Below, piece by piece: positions 1 through 10,400 of a DNA stretch of 64,000 nt. The translations under genes were made by a program, and so were the position numbers. The DNA is from Candidatus Saccharimonadota bacterium (GTDB lineage Bacteria > Patescibacteriota > Saccharimonadia > Saccharimonadales > Saccharimonadaceae). Each line of letters opens with the position of its first letter. Position 1 is the stretch's first letter. The stretch covers positions 7,054 to 71,053 of the forward strand of contig JAFRCT010000001.1 in assembly GCA_017404245.1 (NCBI GenBank). Reading direction: 5' to 3'. Below the pieces are notes generated by a model. It ran no database searches, was not told the origin of the DNA, and saw only the letters and a list, made by a program, of their open reading frames with translations.

Positions 1-287
1 CCACGGTTGGCGGCTTCCATGATACCAGGGCCGCCGCCCGTAATGACAGCATGGCCGTTTTCGGCAAGACGTTTGCCAAGCTCGCGGGCGGCTTTGTAGT
101 AGCGGTTGGTTTCTTTGAGGCGAGCGGAACCAAAGATGGTTACACCTTGGGGGTAGGTGCGAACAATGCGAAGCCCTCCGAGCAAATCTTTGGCGTAGGC
201 TTGAGCGCGGTCGTAATCGGCGGCCTCGAGGTCGGCGAGGAGGTTTTGTTGCTGTTTGACAGATTGGGGGTTAATTGGCTGTTCCAT
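1..287 (-). CDS. LOG-family (TIGR00730-type Rossmann fold) protein, 5' part; runs off the window edge
   Basis: Manual translation of the minus strand gives GHAVITGGGPGIMEAANRG. ATG at 287 is preceded by AAGGAAA. Not in the ORF track because it is truncated. Confidence 0.85.
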   Translation of the reverse strand, partial: MEQPINPQSVKQQQNLLADLEAADYDRAQAYAKDLLGGLRIVRTYPQGVTIFGSARLKETNRYYKAARELGKRLAENGHAVITGGGPGIMEAANR

Positions 288-295
288 AAGTTTCC

Positions 296-1267
296 TTAGT
301 TTATAAGTTGAATTGGCATGGGGTGAAGGCTAACATTGTTAGATAAAATGCCGCCTTTGGCACCAAGATGTTGAACCACGGAAGTGGAATTGGCGCTGGC
401 AAAAATAAGCGAGCTTCGGAAACTTTTACCGCTAGCGAAGGCTGCTAGAAAACCTGAGCCAAAGGCGTCGCCCGCACCAGTAGTGTCTTTGATTTTGGCG
501 TCTTCGTAGATGCCGAAACGGTAGGTGGTTTTGCGATTGGTGGCAATGCCGCCCATAGCGCCATCGGTAATGATAACTAGGGGGGTGTAGTTTTTGAGTT
601 TATTTAATAGTTCTTCAAGAAGCGAGCCGCCCACTAGCGAGGCCGCTTCGTGCTTATTTAGGAGTAAGACGTCGATGTCGGGGAGTAAACTTAAGAGCTG
701 ACGAGGGTTGGCTAGTTCTAGGACGCCTGGATTAAACATGATTTTGGTGCCCAAAGCTTTGGCTTTGTCGATAAAACGCACCAAAGCGCCCATGTCGCCA
801 CGTAGGGTGGTGATGTAGAGCCAATCGGGGAGAATGAGGTCGAGGTCGCGTTCGGACACATTGGAAAAACGAGAGGAAATGCCTCGGTAGGTTAGAATGG
901 TGCGCTCGCCAGATTTGCTGTCGAGCAGAATAATGGAACAGCCAGTTTTTTGACGGGTGCTAATTGGTGTGGAAATAAAACTGGTGTCGACACCTTCTTG
1001 GTCTAAAAGAGCAAAAATAGCTTCTCCAGCGGGGTCGTGAGCAACGTTGCCAAGAAAGATGGCTTCGTGCCCAGAGCGGGCAAAGGTAACAGCACTGTTG
1101 GTGCCGCCACCACCTACGAAGAAGCTGATTTTGTCGATGTCGTATTTGCTACCGATTTGGAGCGATTTGAAAAGACTGATGTTTCCTAGTTCGATGGAGC
1201 CAAAATCGTCGCGGTCGATGAGGTAGATGTCTTGTAAAGCCGAACCAAGCGAAACGATGCGCGCCAT
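296..1267 (-). CDS. PfkB/ribokinase-family carbohydrate kinase
   Basis: GGGGTNSA and DTTGAGDAFGSGF PfkB signatures. Real start is MARIVSLG, a TAATG overlap with rpe. The ORF-track extension to 1765 is spurious. Confidence 0.9.
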   Translation of the reverse strand: MARIVSLGSALQDIYLIDRDDFGSIELGNISLFKSLQIGSKYDIDKISFFVGGGGTNSAVTFARSGHEAIFLGNVAHDPAGEAIFALLDQEGVDTSFISTPISTRQKTGCSIILLDSKSGERTILTYRGISSRFSNVSERDLDLILPDWLYITTLRGDMGALVRFIDKAKALGTKIMFNPGVLELANPRQLLSLLPDIDVLLLNKHEAASLVGGSLLEELLNKLKNYTPLVIITDGAMGGIATNRKTTYRFGIYEDAKIKDTTGAGDAFGSGFLAAFASGKSFRSSLIFASANSTSVVQHLGAKGGILSNNVSLHPMPIQLIN

Positions 1268-1917
1268 TAGATGTTGACTCCTTGTTTGTCGGCTTCGGCT
1301 ACGAGGTCGGCATAGGCTTTGGCTGGGTCTGGGGAGTTGGAGATAGCCGAGCCAACGTTGATGACATCTAGGCCAGTGTGGGCAAGCGTGCGAACGTTTT
1401 TGAGGTTGGCGCCGCCATCCCAGCCAATTTCGATGTCGGACTTTAGGCCTCTTATGATGGAAACTTTTTCGGTTTGAAGCATGTTGGCAACGCCGCCTTG
1501 TTGACCAAGACGCCCAGCAAAAATTAGGCAATGGTCGGCAGCTTGAATGTAGGGCGCAATATCGCCTGGAAAAGTTTGTTTGAGTATGGCTACGCCAGAT
1601 TTGATACCAGCTTGTTTGAGAGTAGCAAAGACGGGCAGGAGGTTTTCGTTGGTTTCGGCGTGAAAGATAACTAGAGCTGGGTGGATTTTGAGAATGGTGG
1701 CAAGATGTTGAGCGGGGTTCATAACCATCATGTGAAGGTCGATAGGGGCAAAACCTTGTTGCCACCAGATGTTGGATTCGTCGATGGTAAGTGTTGGCGC
1801 AAAACTACCATCGCAAATGTCGACTTGGATGCGTTTGGCGAACTTTGAGTAGGTTTCTAGCTGTTGGCGGCAAAGGTTTTTGTCGTTAGTGAGAATGGTG
1901 GGGACAATTTCGGCCAT
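1267..1917 (-). CDS. rpe: Ribulose-phosphate 3-epimerase
   Basis: QVDICDGSFAP, DLHMMV, FHAE and WDGG motifs; pentose-phosphate gene context. Confidence 0.88.
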   Translation of the reverse strand: MAEIVPTILTNDKNLCRQQLETYSKFAKRIQVDICDGSFAPTLTIDESNIWWQQGFAPIDLHMMVMNPAQHLATILKIHPALVIFHAETNENLLPVFATLKQAGIKSGVAILKQTFPGDIAPYIQAADHCLIFAGRLGQQGGVANMLQTEKVSIIRGLKSDIEIGWDGGANLKNVRTLAHTGLDVINVGSAISNSPDPAKAYADLVAEADKQGVNI

Positions 1918-2384
1918 TAGCTTGGCTCCTTATCTAAGCGTTTGATACGGCGGAGATGGCGAGGTTCGTTAGAAAAAGGGGTGTTTAGAAAAGCATCAAC
2001 TAGGGCGAGGGTATCTTCTAAGTGCTTTTCGGACTCGAGTGGGTCTTTGGCTTCGGCTAAAGCGTCGGCGGATAGGCAAAGCACATTGGCGTCATTGTGG
2101 GCGCGGGCAAGTTTGGCGGTTTCTAGGGAAGTAACAATGGCGGCGCGAACGCCCTTGAAGCGATTGGCCTGTATAGATACGCCGATGGCGGAACCGCAGA
2201 CTAGCACTCCAAACGAACCAGGGTGGGCCAGCACAGCTTTAGCTACGGCGATGGCACCGTCGTTGTAATCGTCGGTGGGGTCGTAGGTTCTTGGGCCGAG
2301 GTCGGTAAACTCTGGATAGGCTTCGCGAAGTTTGTTTTTGAGCGCGAAGCCACGATGGTCGGAAGCGATGAATACGCTTGGCAT
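1917..2384 (-). CDS. rpiB: Ribose-5-phosphate isomerase B
   Basis: ASDHRG, CGSAIG, ARAHNDANVL and RHLRRI motifs. Start MPSVF via TAATG overlap with gap. Confidence 0.92.
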   Translation of the reverse strand: MPSVFIASDHRGFALKNKLREAYPEFTDLGPRTYDPTDDYNDGAIAVAKAVLAHPGSFGVLVCGSAIGVSIQANRFKGVRAAIVTSLETAKLARAHNDANVLCLSADALAEAKDPLESEKHLEDTLALVDAFLNTPFSNEPRHLRRIKRLDKEPS

Positions 2385-3388
2385 TAACGACCTTTCCCAA
2401 AATCGGCGGCTAGCTCGACAAGACGGTTGGAATAGCCCCATTCGTTGTCGTACCAAGCCACGACCTTAATGAGATTGCCACCTACGACGTCGGTGAGAGG
2501 AAGGTCGATGATGGAAGAATGAGCATTGCCACGGAAATCGGTTGAGACTAATTCTTCTTCGGTGGCATCGACGATACCCTCGTAGTATGGCTCGCGGACA
2601 GCTTTCTTTAGGACTTTGTTGAGCTCTTCTATGGTAGTATCGCGTTTGATGACGGCAGTGATGTCGGCGAGAGAGACTACGGGAGTGGGGACGCGGACAG
2701 AAAGACCATTAAACTTGCCTTTGAGCGAAGGAATGGTAAGAGCGGCGGCTTTGGACGCACCTGTGGTGGTGGGGACGATATTTTCGGCGGCGGCACGAGC
2801 TTCGCGAAGGTCTTTGGCGGGAGCGTCCTGAAGGCGTTGAGAAGCGGTGTAAGAGTGGACGGTGGTCATCATGGCTTTTTCGATGCCAAAGTTATCTTCG
2901 AGGATTTTCATGACGGGAGCGATACAGTTAGTGGTGCAGGAAGCGTTTGAAAGGATGACATCAGTAGGCTCGACGGTGTCTTCGTTGACGCCAATTACGA
3001 CAGTGCGAGCGCCTTCGCCTTTGGCGGGGGCAGAAATGACAACTTTCTTGGCGCCAGCGGTGATGTGTGCACGAGCTTTGACTGGGTCGGTGAATAAACC
3101 AGTAGATTCTATAACGACATCCACATCAAGTTTGCGCCAAGGCAAGGCGGCAGGGTCTTTTTCGGCAAAGACGGGGATGTGGCGAGTGCCTACGATGAGA
3201 TTTTGCTCATCGTAGCTGACTTTTTTGTCGTAGATGCCGTACGAGGAATCGTACTTGAGTAGTTTGGCAAGGGTTTTGGTGTCGGTGAGGTCGTTGATTG
3301 CGACAATTTGAACGTCGTGCCGTTCGAGGGCGATTTTGAAAGCATTTCTGCCGATACGGCCAAAGCCATTGATTGCGATTTTTACCAT
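2384..3388 (-). CDS. gap: Type I glyceraldehyde-3-phosphate dehydrogenase
   Basis: INGFGRIGR, SNASCTTNC and WYDNEWGYS motifs; AGGAGG SD upstream. Confidence 0.98.
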   Translation of the reverse strand: MVKIAINGFGRIGRNAFKIALERHDVQIVAINDLTDTKTLAKLLKYDSSYGIYDKKVSYDEQNLIVGTRHIPVFAEKDPAALPWRKLDVDVVIESTGLFTDPVKARAHITAGAKKVVISAPAKGEGARTVVIGVNEDTVEPTDVILSNASCTTNCIAPVMKILEDNFGIEKAMMTTVHSYTASQRLQDAPAKDLREARAAAENIVPTTTGASKAAALTIPSLKGKFNGLSVRVPTPVVSLADITAVIKRDTTIEELNKVLKKAVREPYYEGIVDATEEELVSTDFRGNAHSSIIDLPLTDVVGGNLIKVVAWYDNEWGYSNRLVELAADFGKGR

Positions 3389-3391
3389 AAA

Positions 3392-3445
3392 ATACCTCCT
3401 GAATATACTTATGTATATTATACAGGAGGTATAGTTTTTTTGCAA
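3392..3445 (-). promoter_or_regulatory. sigma70 promoter for gap embedded in a terminator-like hairpin whose 3' arm is the gap SD
   Basis: TTGCAA (3445-3440), 17-nt spacer, TATAAT (3422-3417). Perfect 10-bp inverted repeat ATACCTCCTG/CAGGAGGTAT at 3392-3401 and 3423-3432. Confidence 0.8.
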
Positions 3446-3450
3446 GCGGT

Positions 3451-3930
3451 TTAGGCGCGGGCAAAATGGGCAAAAGCGCGGTTAGCTTCGGCCATGCGGT
3501 GGCAATCTTCTTTCTTTTTGAAAGCAGCACCTGTGGAATTGTAGGCGTCAACAATTTCGGCTTCTAGGCGTTTAGCATAAGACATGCCACTTCTTGCGCG
3601 CGCAGCTTGAACAAGCCAAGTAAAGGCAAAATGTTGCTGACGGTGGCCAGAAATTGGAAAAGGAATTTGGTAGTTGGCACCACCGACGCGGCGAGACTTA
3701 ACTTCGAAATCGGGGGAGACATTGGCCAAGGCTTTTTCGAAGACGGCTACTGGGTCTTCGGACTTGAGCTTTTTGGCGGCTCCTTCGATAGCGGCATATA
3801 CGGCGCGTTCGGCAGCTTGTTTTTTGCCGTCGAGCATGGACTTGTGGATGAGGCGCTCGATTAAAATGGATTGGTATTTGCGGTCGGGCAAAACTTTGCG
3901 GGTGAGGGATTTAGTGGTTTTTCTAGGCAT
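3451..3930 (-). CDS. rpsG: 30S ribosomal protein S7
   Basis: EVKSRRVGGANYQIP and HRMAEANRAFAHF motifs. Confidence 0.98.
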   Translation of the reverse strand: MPRKTTKSLTRKVLPDRKYQSILIERLIHKSMLDGKKQAAERAVYAAIEGAAKKLKSEDPVAVFEKALANVSPDFEVKSRRVGGANYQIPFPISGHRQQHFAFTWLVQAARARSGMSYAKRLEAEIVDAYNSTGAAFKKKEDCHRMAEANRAFAHFARA

Positions 3931-3932
3931 GG

Positions 3933-4346
3933 TTATTTCCCTTCTTTCTTGGCGCCGTATTTAGAGCGGCCTTGTTTGCGACCTTGGACACCTTGTAGGT
4001 CGAGTGTGCCGCGTACGATATGGTAGCGGACACCAGGGAGGTCGGGTACACGACCACCGCGCACGAGGACAACGGCGTGTTCTTGGAGATTATGACCTTC
4101 GCCACCGATATAAGCCCAAACTTCTTGGCCGTTAGTGAGGCGAACGCGGGCTACTTTACGTAGGGCTGAGTTTGGTTTTTTGGGGGTTTTGGTGGTAACT
4201 TTGATGCAGACGCCACGTTTGAGTGGGGCGGCTTGGTCGTAGTAGCGGGTTTTTAAGGTGTTAACGATAGACCCAAGAGCAGGGGACTTCGATTTTTTGC
4301 TAGCCTTTTTGCGAGGCTTGCGAATCAACTGGTTGATTGTTGGCAC
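3933..4346 (-). CDS. rpsL: 30S ribosomal protein S12
   Basis: [26 protein letters not shown] and DLPGVRYH motifs; GTG start. Confidence 0.98.
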   Translation of the reverse strand: MPTINQLIRKPRKKASKKSKSPALGSIVNTLKTRYYDQAAPLKRGVCIKVTTKTPKKPNSALRKVARVRLTNGQEVWAYIGGEGHNLQEHAVVLVRGGRVPDLPGVRYHIVRGTLDLQGVQGRKQGRSKYGAKKEGK

Positions 4347-4421
4347 AGTTTTTCTTCCTTTTAGGTTGGTATGGGGCTTGGGCTTTTACAGCAGTGGGCA
4401 CAAGCATGAAACTCTTTTACT

Positions 4422-4450
4422 ATTATACTCCTTTTTGCTGTTTTTAGCAA
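4422..4450 (-). promoter_or_regulatory. sigma70 promoter of rpsL-rpsG
   Basis: TTGCTA, 17-nt spacer, TATAAT on the minus strand. Confidence 0.75.
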
Positions 4451-4453
4451 GAG

Positions 4454-7400
4454 CTAGTAGCGAGGAGCGATTTTTCTGATGTAGGTGGTAATGGGTTGGT
4501 TGACACTAGTGGCCTCGCTATAGCTAGACAAGATGACGGACGGTGAGTAGTTGAAGATTTCTGCTGGTTGAGGGGTGGCGTTAAAGACTTCGGCGCCAAA
4601 GGTGCGGCGGAGGTAGAGACTTTCGGCAACGACTGGGCCAGAAACATAGAGTTGGTTTGTACAAGTGTTGGCGCTAAGGTTGGAGCTGGTGTAGGGGGTG
4701 CCGTTTGGGGTAGTACAGGAATTAAAGGTGCCGTTTGCTAAGAGCCAGGCGTCGATGCGAGAAACATTTTCGCTTACGTTGATATTGCCGTCCGAAACGA
4801 TGATTATGAGTGGGACGCGCGAGTTGGAATAGGCGCGGTTTTGGGCGATTTCGATGTTTTCAGTGATAGTGATGGAGCCTCCGTCGGAGCCTGGGTAGAC
4901 GATAATTGGAACGCTAGCGTAGATGCCTGGATCGACGGTAACATTGGCGTTTGCGAAATTGCTTAGGCTTAGAGTGTAGTTTCCGTTGGAATCTTGGTTG
5001 GTGAGCTTTATAACTTTAAAGTGCTCGGAAGTGGTGTCGGTGGACGGGTAGCGCGCGCGGACTTTGGTAATAATGTCGGAGCCACGACTGATGTTGGAGC
5101 CGGCTTGGTTTAGCTTGGTTTGATTGCCCCTTTGGCATTCGGTATTTGTGATGGTGAGCGGAGAGATGCCGCACATTATGTTGGTAGAAGAAGGCACGCC
5201 TTGAGCGATAGCGGCGCCAGAAGCCATGCTGGCAATACTGGAGCGGCCATTTTTGTCGGAACCGCCGATGAGAGCAAAGTCTCCCCACGAGCCATATAAG
5301 CCCTTTGGAACAGTGTTGTATTTAGTAATGGTGCGGGTTTTGGGGACAGATCTGGTTTCGGTAACGTATTCGCATTGCGACGTGCCAAGGTTTGCAAATT
5401 GATTGGTTAGTTGGTCGATTGTGGCGGAGTTGTAGGCGGAAAGATTGGGAATGTCGAATGACTGTATACTAACGTCGGAATAAATATGGAAGTTGCGGTT
5501 GGGGTTGTCACTAGCAAAACTTCGAATGGCCCCATGCAATGATGATTCTGGAGAGGCGGTGGTTTCAAGAATGATTATGTATTGGTCTTGTTCGGGTATA
5601 TTTGAATTGTTTAGATTTTCTAGGATTTTGTCTTGGCCGAATGGTTGCCAAGTGTCATGTGCGGATGCATCGAGATGGGCTTCGATATGCAAATCAACAT
5701 TGTTTTCTGCGCAAGTACTAGAGCTACATTCGGTGGTTATTTTTTTGAAAGCTTCGCAGTAGCTCATTATGCTTACTTTGCCGCCGCTGCGTAAGATTGA
5801 GCTAGCAATTTGTTTAGCGGCGTTAACGGCGGCTGGGTAACTAGTTTGACCGTCTTTGTCCATGACGATAACTGCTTCGATTGGTCTTGAGCTACTAGTA
5901 GGAACGCAGGTGGTAACTTCTTCTTCCTCGTAATAGGTTTCTTGTTCTTGGGTGGTTTGGACTTCGTAGCTTCCCGTTAGTGAGGTGTTGATGCCACCAT
6001 TGGTTTGGACGGAGCCTCCCCAAACTTGGAACATGGGCTTTTTGCCGACTGCAGTACAAACTGGTGCCGAAACAGTCCAAAGGTTATTGAAGCCGTTTTC
6101 GTGGCCATTGCCAGAATCGGTGGGTTTGATGGCCATGGCGATACAGAATCTACTACCAACGCTAGAACTGCTAGCAACGGCAGAGCGGGTGAAGTTGGCG
6201 GAATATTGGCTGTCGTTTGGGTAGTAAGTGCTGGCAGTAGTGGCGCCGTTTTTGCCGATTGATTGGGAGGTTTCGGTAGGAACGCAGTTACTGACAGTGA
6301 AGCCGTTTTTGTTGAAGAATGTGCAGGGGTCGTTGGTGGTGCCACCAGCTAAAGCGCCCGGGACAGTACTGTCGCCTGACAGGGTAAAGGTGAAGGTTTG
6401 GTAGGTGGCGTTGGGGATGGAAGTGAGGAGCTGGTTTTCTTGGTGTTTTTTGACTTTAACGTCAAAGGATGCGCTAAGTATTCCACCTTGGTAGACGATG
6501 CCGTTTTCTGCGGAAGTGGAAGTTTGGGAAGCGGCGATGCTTTCTATTTCGAAGTTGTATGGGCGATAGAGAGAGATACAGGCTTGGCTAGTGCCGATTA
6601 GGTTGTTGGACACGAGGCTATGTTCGTTGTTTATGATGAAGTTTTGGCCAGGAATTTTTTGGCCACCCAGCATATAGTAGCGTGCACGCATGGTATAGGA
6701 GCTGGAGAGGAAGTGAATAGGCTCGCAGAGTTGTTGGGTTTGCCCAACGTTTAGGCCAGAAACGTTTTTGGTGGAAGTATGGGTGTTTGTTTGGCCGTTT
6801 GATAGACTGCTTATATTGGTGGAGCTAGATAGCTGGGTAATTGAGGGATTATTGGCGCCTAGGAGATATTGGTATGCGGAGTCAGCGGCGGGAGTGCGAG
6901 CATCATCAGTGTGATAGAAGTTGCCTCTGGAAACTTGGTGGGAATACTCAACTTGGGCGTTGTTAGTGTAGATGTCGTAGGTGTTGCTGGCGGAGTTATA
7001 AGAGTAATCGATGCCAGGTGTGCCGTTAATGGTGGCAGTGGAAACGGAGGTTAGAAGCACTGTGCCGTCGTCAATCATTTGGGAGCCTGGGCGACCAAAT
7101 TTGGCGCAGATTTCTTGGGTTTGACCTGTGTCGTATGCGGGGGTAATGTCGCCCGTAGATTCGATGGTGAAAGTTTGTGAGGTAAAGGTAACGTATTCAC
7201 AGATTGTAACTTTGGCGCCTGGCTCTAGCGTGGCGGTACCACTAGAAGTTACTAGCGGAGTGTTATCAGAAACGGTTAGGGTAATTGGTAGGCTTTGGTT
7301 TTGTGTACTGTTGATGGTGCCATCAGGGTTTTCTATGATGGTTTTTTGGTGCTTGGTGTAGGATGTGGTTAGGTCGGTAGCGCCAGTGCGGGTGAATTTG

Positions 7401-10400
7401 TGTGAGAATGTGTAGTCGCGAGTACCCTCAGTTGAGTAGGAGAATTCGGCTGGAGTGGAAGTGTAGGGCGTGTTGTCGGCTATAAGTTTAGTGGTGGCAC
7501 TGATTTTTTCTTCTTTGGAAGCAGCTTTGCTTAAAGTAACGCAGATTTGCGAAGAAACTTTGTCATCGCCCCGCCCTGCCGAGCTGCCGTTTGACACGAG
7601 ATAGTCATAGTAGTCGGGTTTGAGGATGAGGCGGCCACAGAGAGTGTCGGTGGAGCCTTGATTAAGCTGATAGTTGGTAAAGGAATCATCGCGAATGCAG
7701 TAGAAATTGCCATCAGAATTGAGATTGGTATAGTTGCTGCTTCCCGTGAACGAACATGGTGCTTGGTTTGTGGAATTATTGCGATCGGAATTTGCTAAAA
7801 GATTTGACCCACCATACTCTGGGATGGTTGTTGGCCAGCTGGCGCCACCATCAATTGAAACTCCACCTTCGTGCGAGAAAGCTTCGGTTTTGTTGATGGT
7901 GCCGTTGCCAAATTTGGCAAATTCTACAAAGCGTACCCAATAATCTTCGTTGCTTTCGGTGTTGTAGTTTATGGTTTTAGTGCCGTTGCCTTCGTCGGAA
8001 GTAACTGAAGCCTCAAAAGTAGCTGGGCGATTAAAAGCGTCTCCGGCTGATTCGCCGTTAACTTTTTTGTACAAAAGGACCGTGGATTTGGTGACGGCAC
8101 TTTGGCGACGCTTGTTGGGTGAGGGGTTGGTGATTTCTATGCAGACGTTTGAGGACCTAGTATAAGGGCTAATGGCTGTAACGCTTGAGGTGTTGGCGTT
8201 ATCAATGGAAACGGTGCCTGGATTAACCGTAATGCGTTCACAGACGGTGATGGTTTCGCCCGCAGGGACGTTTACCGTGTATTCTAGGGAATCGTCGGAG
8301 ATTAGCAGACCAGATTCGCCATTCATGTTAAGACTAATTGAACCGCTGCCAACTTGGCTATAGCTGGAGCCGCCATTTTCTGAGCGCTCGATAGTGTAGC
8401 GGATGTTGCCTAGCGCCCCATTGAAATTGCCAGAAATTGACTCTAGGTTGATTTTATGCACGAAAGATGGGCTGTAGGTTACGTAAGAAGCGTCGGTGTC
8501 GGTTCGTGTAGTAATGCCTCTGAGGGTGTTGTTGCTGTTTGGGGTGGCACTGTAGTAATCGCTAGTGGAAGTAAGTTGGTTAAAGTTTTCGGCTATCACT
8601 TTGGACTCGGTGGGGAGTTTGGCTTGAGAGGTGGTGGGTTGGGCTGGTTCTTGCTTAAATTTGACGCAGACCATGGACACGACTTGGTCGTTTCCGTTTC
8701 GGTAATCGTTGTTTGCTTGCACAACAAGAGTTTGGGGGTGGTGGACGATGCGCTGGCAGACGATGGCTATACTGCCGTTTTGAGGGGCGTCAGAATCGTA
8801 AGACAGGGTGTGGTGCACAGAGAGGTTGGGACCAGCTGTAAGTGGTATCTGTGAATAGCTTGATGTATCAATGTTAACCCAACCACTGTCGTCGGCATCA
8901 TTGATGATTTTGCGTTGTTCGATGGTGTATGATGCGGCTGGAGAAAGAAAATCTCTTATGGGACCAGAAAGATAGTTTGAGTAGACTGTATGACTGAACT
9001 GAATACGTTCGGAGCCATAGAGAGTGCCTAGGTCTAGAATGTCGTTTTCTGTGGGGTAGTCGTTGGCTGGATATTGAGAGGAACTACGAGTTAGAGATGG
9101 CACTTCTTGTGCTTGCTTGTGAACTTCGCTAAAGGTGGTGTAGTTAAAGTTGGTTTCTAGATTTTGTGGAGTGTTGGTGTTTGTGATGTTGGCGCAGGCT
9201 ATGGAGGAGACCTCTAAGGTGATAGCGGTCTCTCCAGAGAGCGAGCCATTTGCTTGAGGGATACCCTTAAAAGTGCCTGGACTAACGGTGATTTTTTGGC
9301 AGACTTTTCTGGTTTGGCCGTCTTCTAGAGTAATGGGGCTATTAAGGTAAGATTTATAGGAAGAGTATTCGGTGCCAGCAAGATCACCTGCGGATTGCAA
9401 AGTGGCGGAAGACCTCCAACCGTTGCTGATATCGGTCCATGAGCCGTCATCTAGCTGTTCTTCGACTTTGTGCTGTAAGGTTTTGGTGATGGTGGGAGTA
9501 ACAAATGCTAGATAGTAACGATGCTGGAAAACTAAATCTGAGAAAGAATTGTCTCTGGTGCTGATGGCGATTGCGGTTTCGTTAGTTCCGTCCGATGAGG
9601 CCGTGGCGCTAGTGGGGCTTCCGCTTACGGAACTTACTTTGCTTTGCGAAACAGTATTATAGGTTTTTTCGGCGGGGGGGTCTAGTGCGGGGCGATAATA
9701 TTCGACGCAAGCCAAGGAATTGCCCCATACGCCGTTTCCTGCGAAGTTATTGTTTGAGCCAGTATAGCTGGTGCCTGTATAGGTTAGGTGTTCGCAGACT
9801 CGAATAGTTTGACCTGGGCCAATTGAGATTTGAGTGCCGTTTTTAGTGGAGTTGATGGTGGCGCCAGTGTTGCCTGTGGCTAGGTTTATATAACCGTTGC
9901 CAGCGTTTTCTGAGCTACCGCCTGTAACGGCTCTGGTGATGCTGTAAGAGACATTTTGTAGGTTGACGCTCGAGCCGTCGGTGGCTTGAGCTGTAAGCTT
10001 ATGAGAAAAAGAGGGGGAAATAATGCTAGTTGTTTCTGGGAGAGTTACTTTTTTGATGTCGGCGGCGGTTTCGATACCATTTGATGGGTAGTTGCTACTT
10101 GCGCGAGTGATGTCGCCGTTTCCAGAAACGTTGGGACTTCCTGTGGTGGAGGAAGTAACATTGACGGTGGTTAGTGGAGCTTCGAGATTGGCGCAGACAA
10201 TACTGGCTACTTCATAACCACCATTCTCTAGAGAGGGTGCAGAGCAATAGTTGGTACAATTGGCAGTATAGGCGGCATGTTGGACGAGCAACATTTCGCA
10301 GACACGATTTGAAGTTGTGGATACGGCGTGCTTGCCTGTGGTGTTTAGCCAATTATCCCCATTTGTGGTAAATAGGCTGCCTATACGGTTGCCCCCTTGA

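Noticed and set aside
1268-1765. N-terminal extension of the 489-aa ORF (296..1765)
   Set aside because: It is an off-frame read of rpe with R/S/P-rich composition. The PfkB domain starts at 1267. The same applies to the extensions of 22496..23713, 24528..25835, 30101..31072 and 54697..56703.
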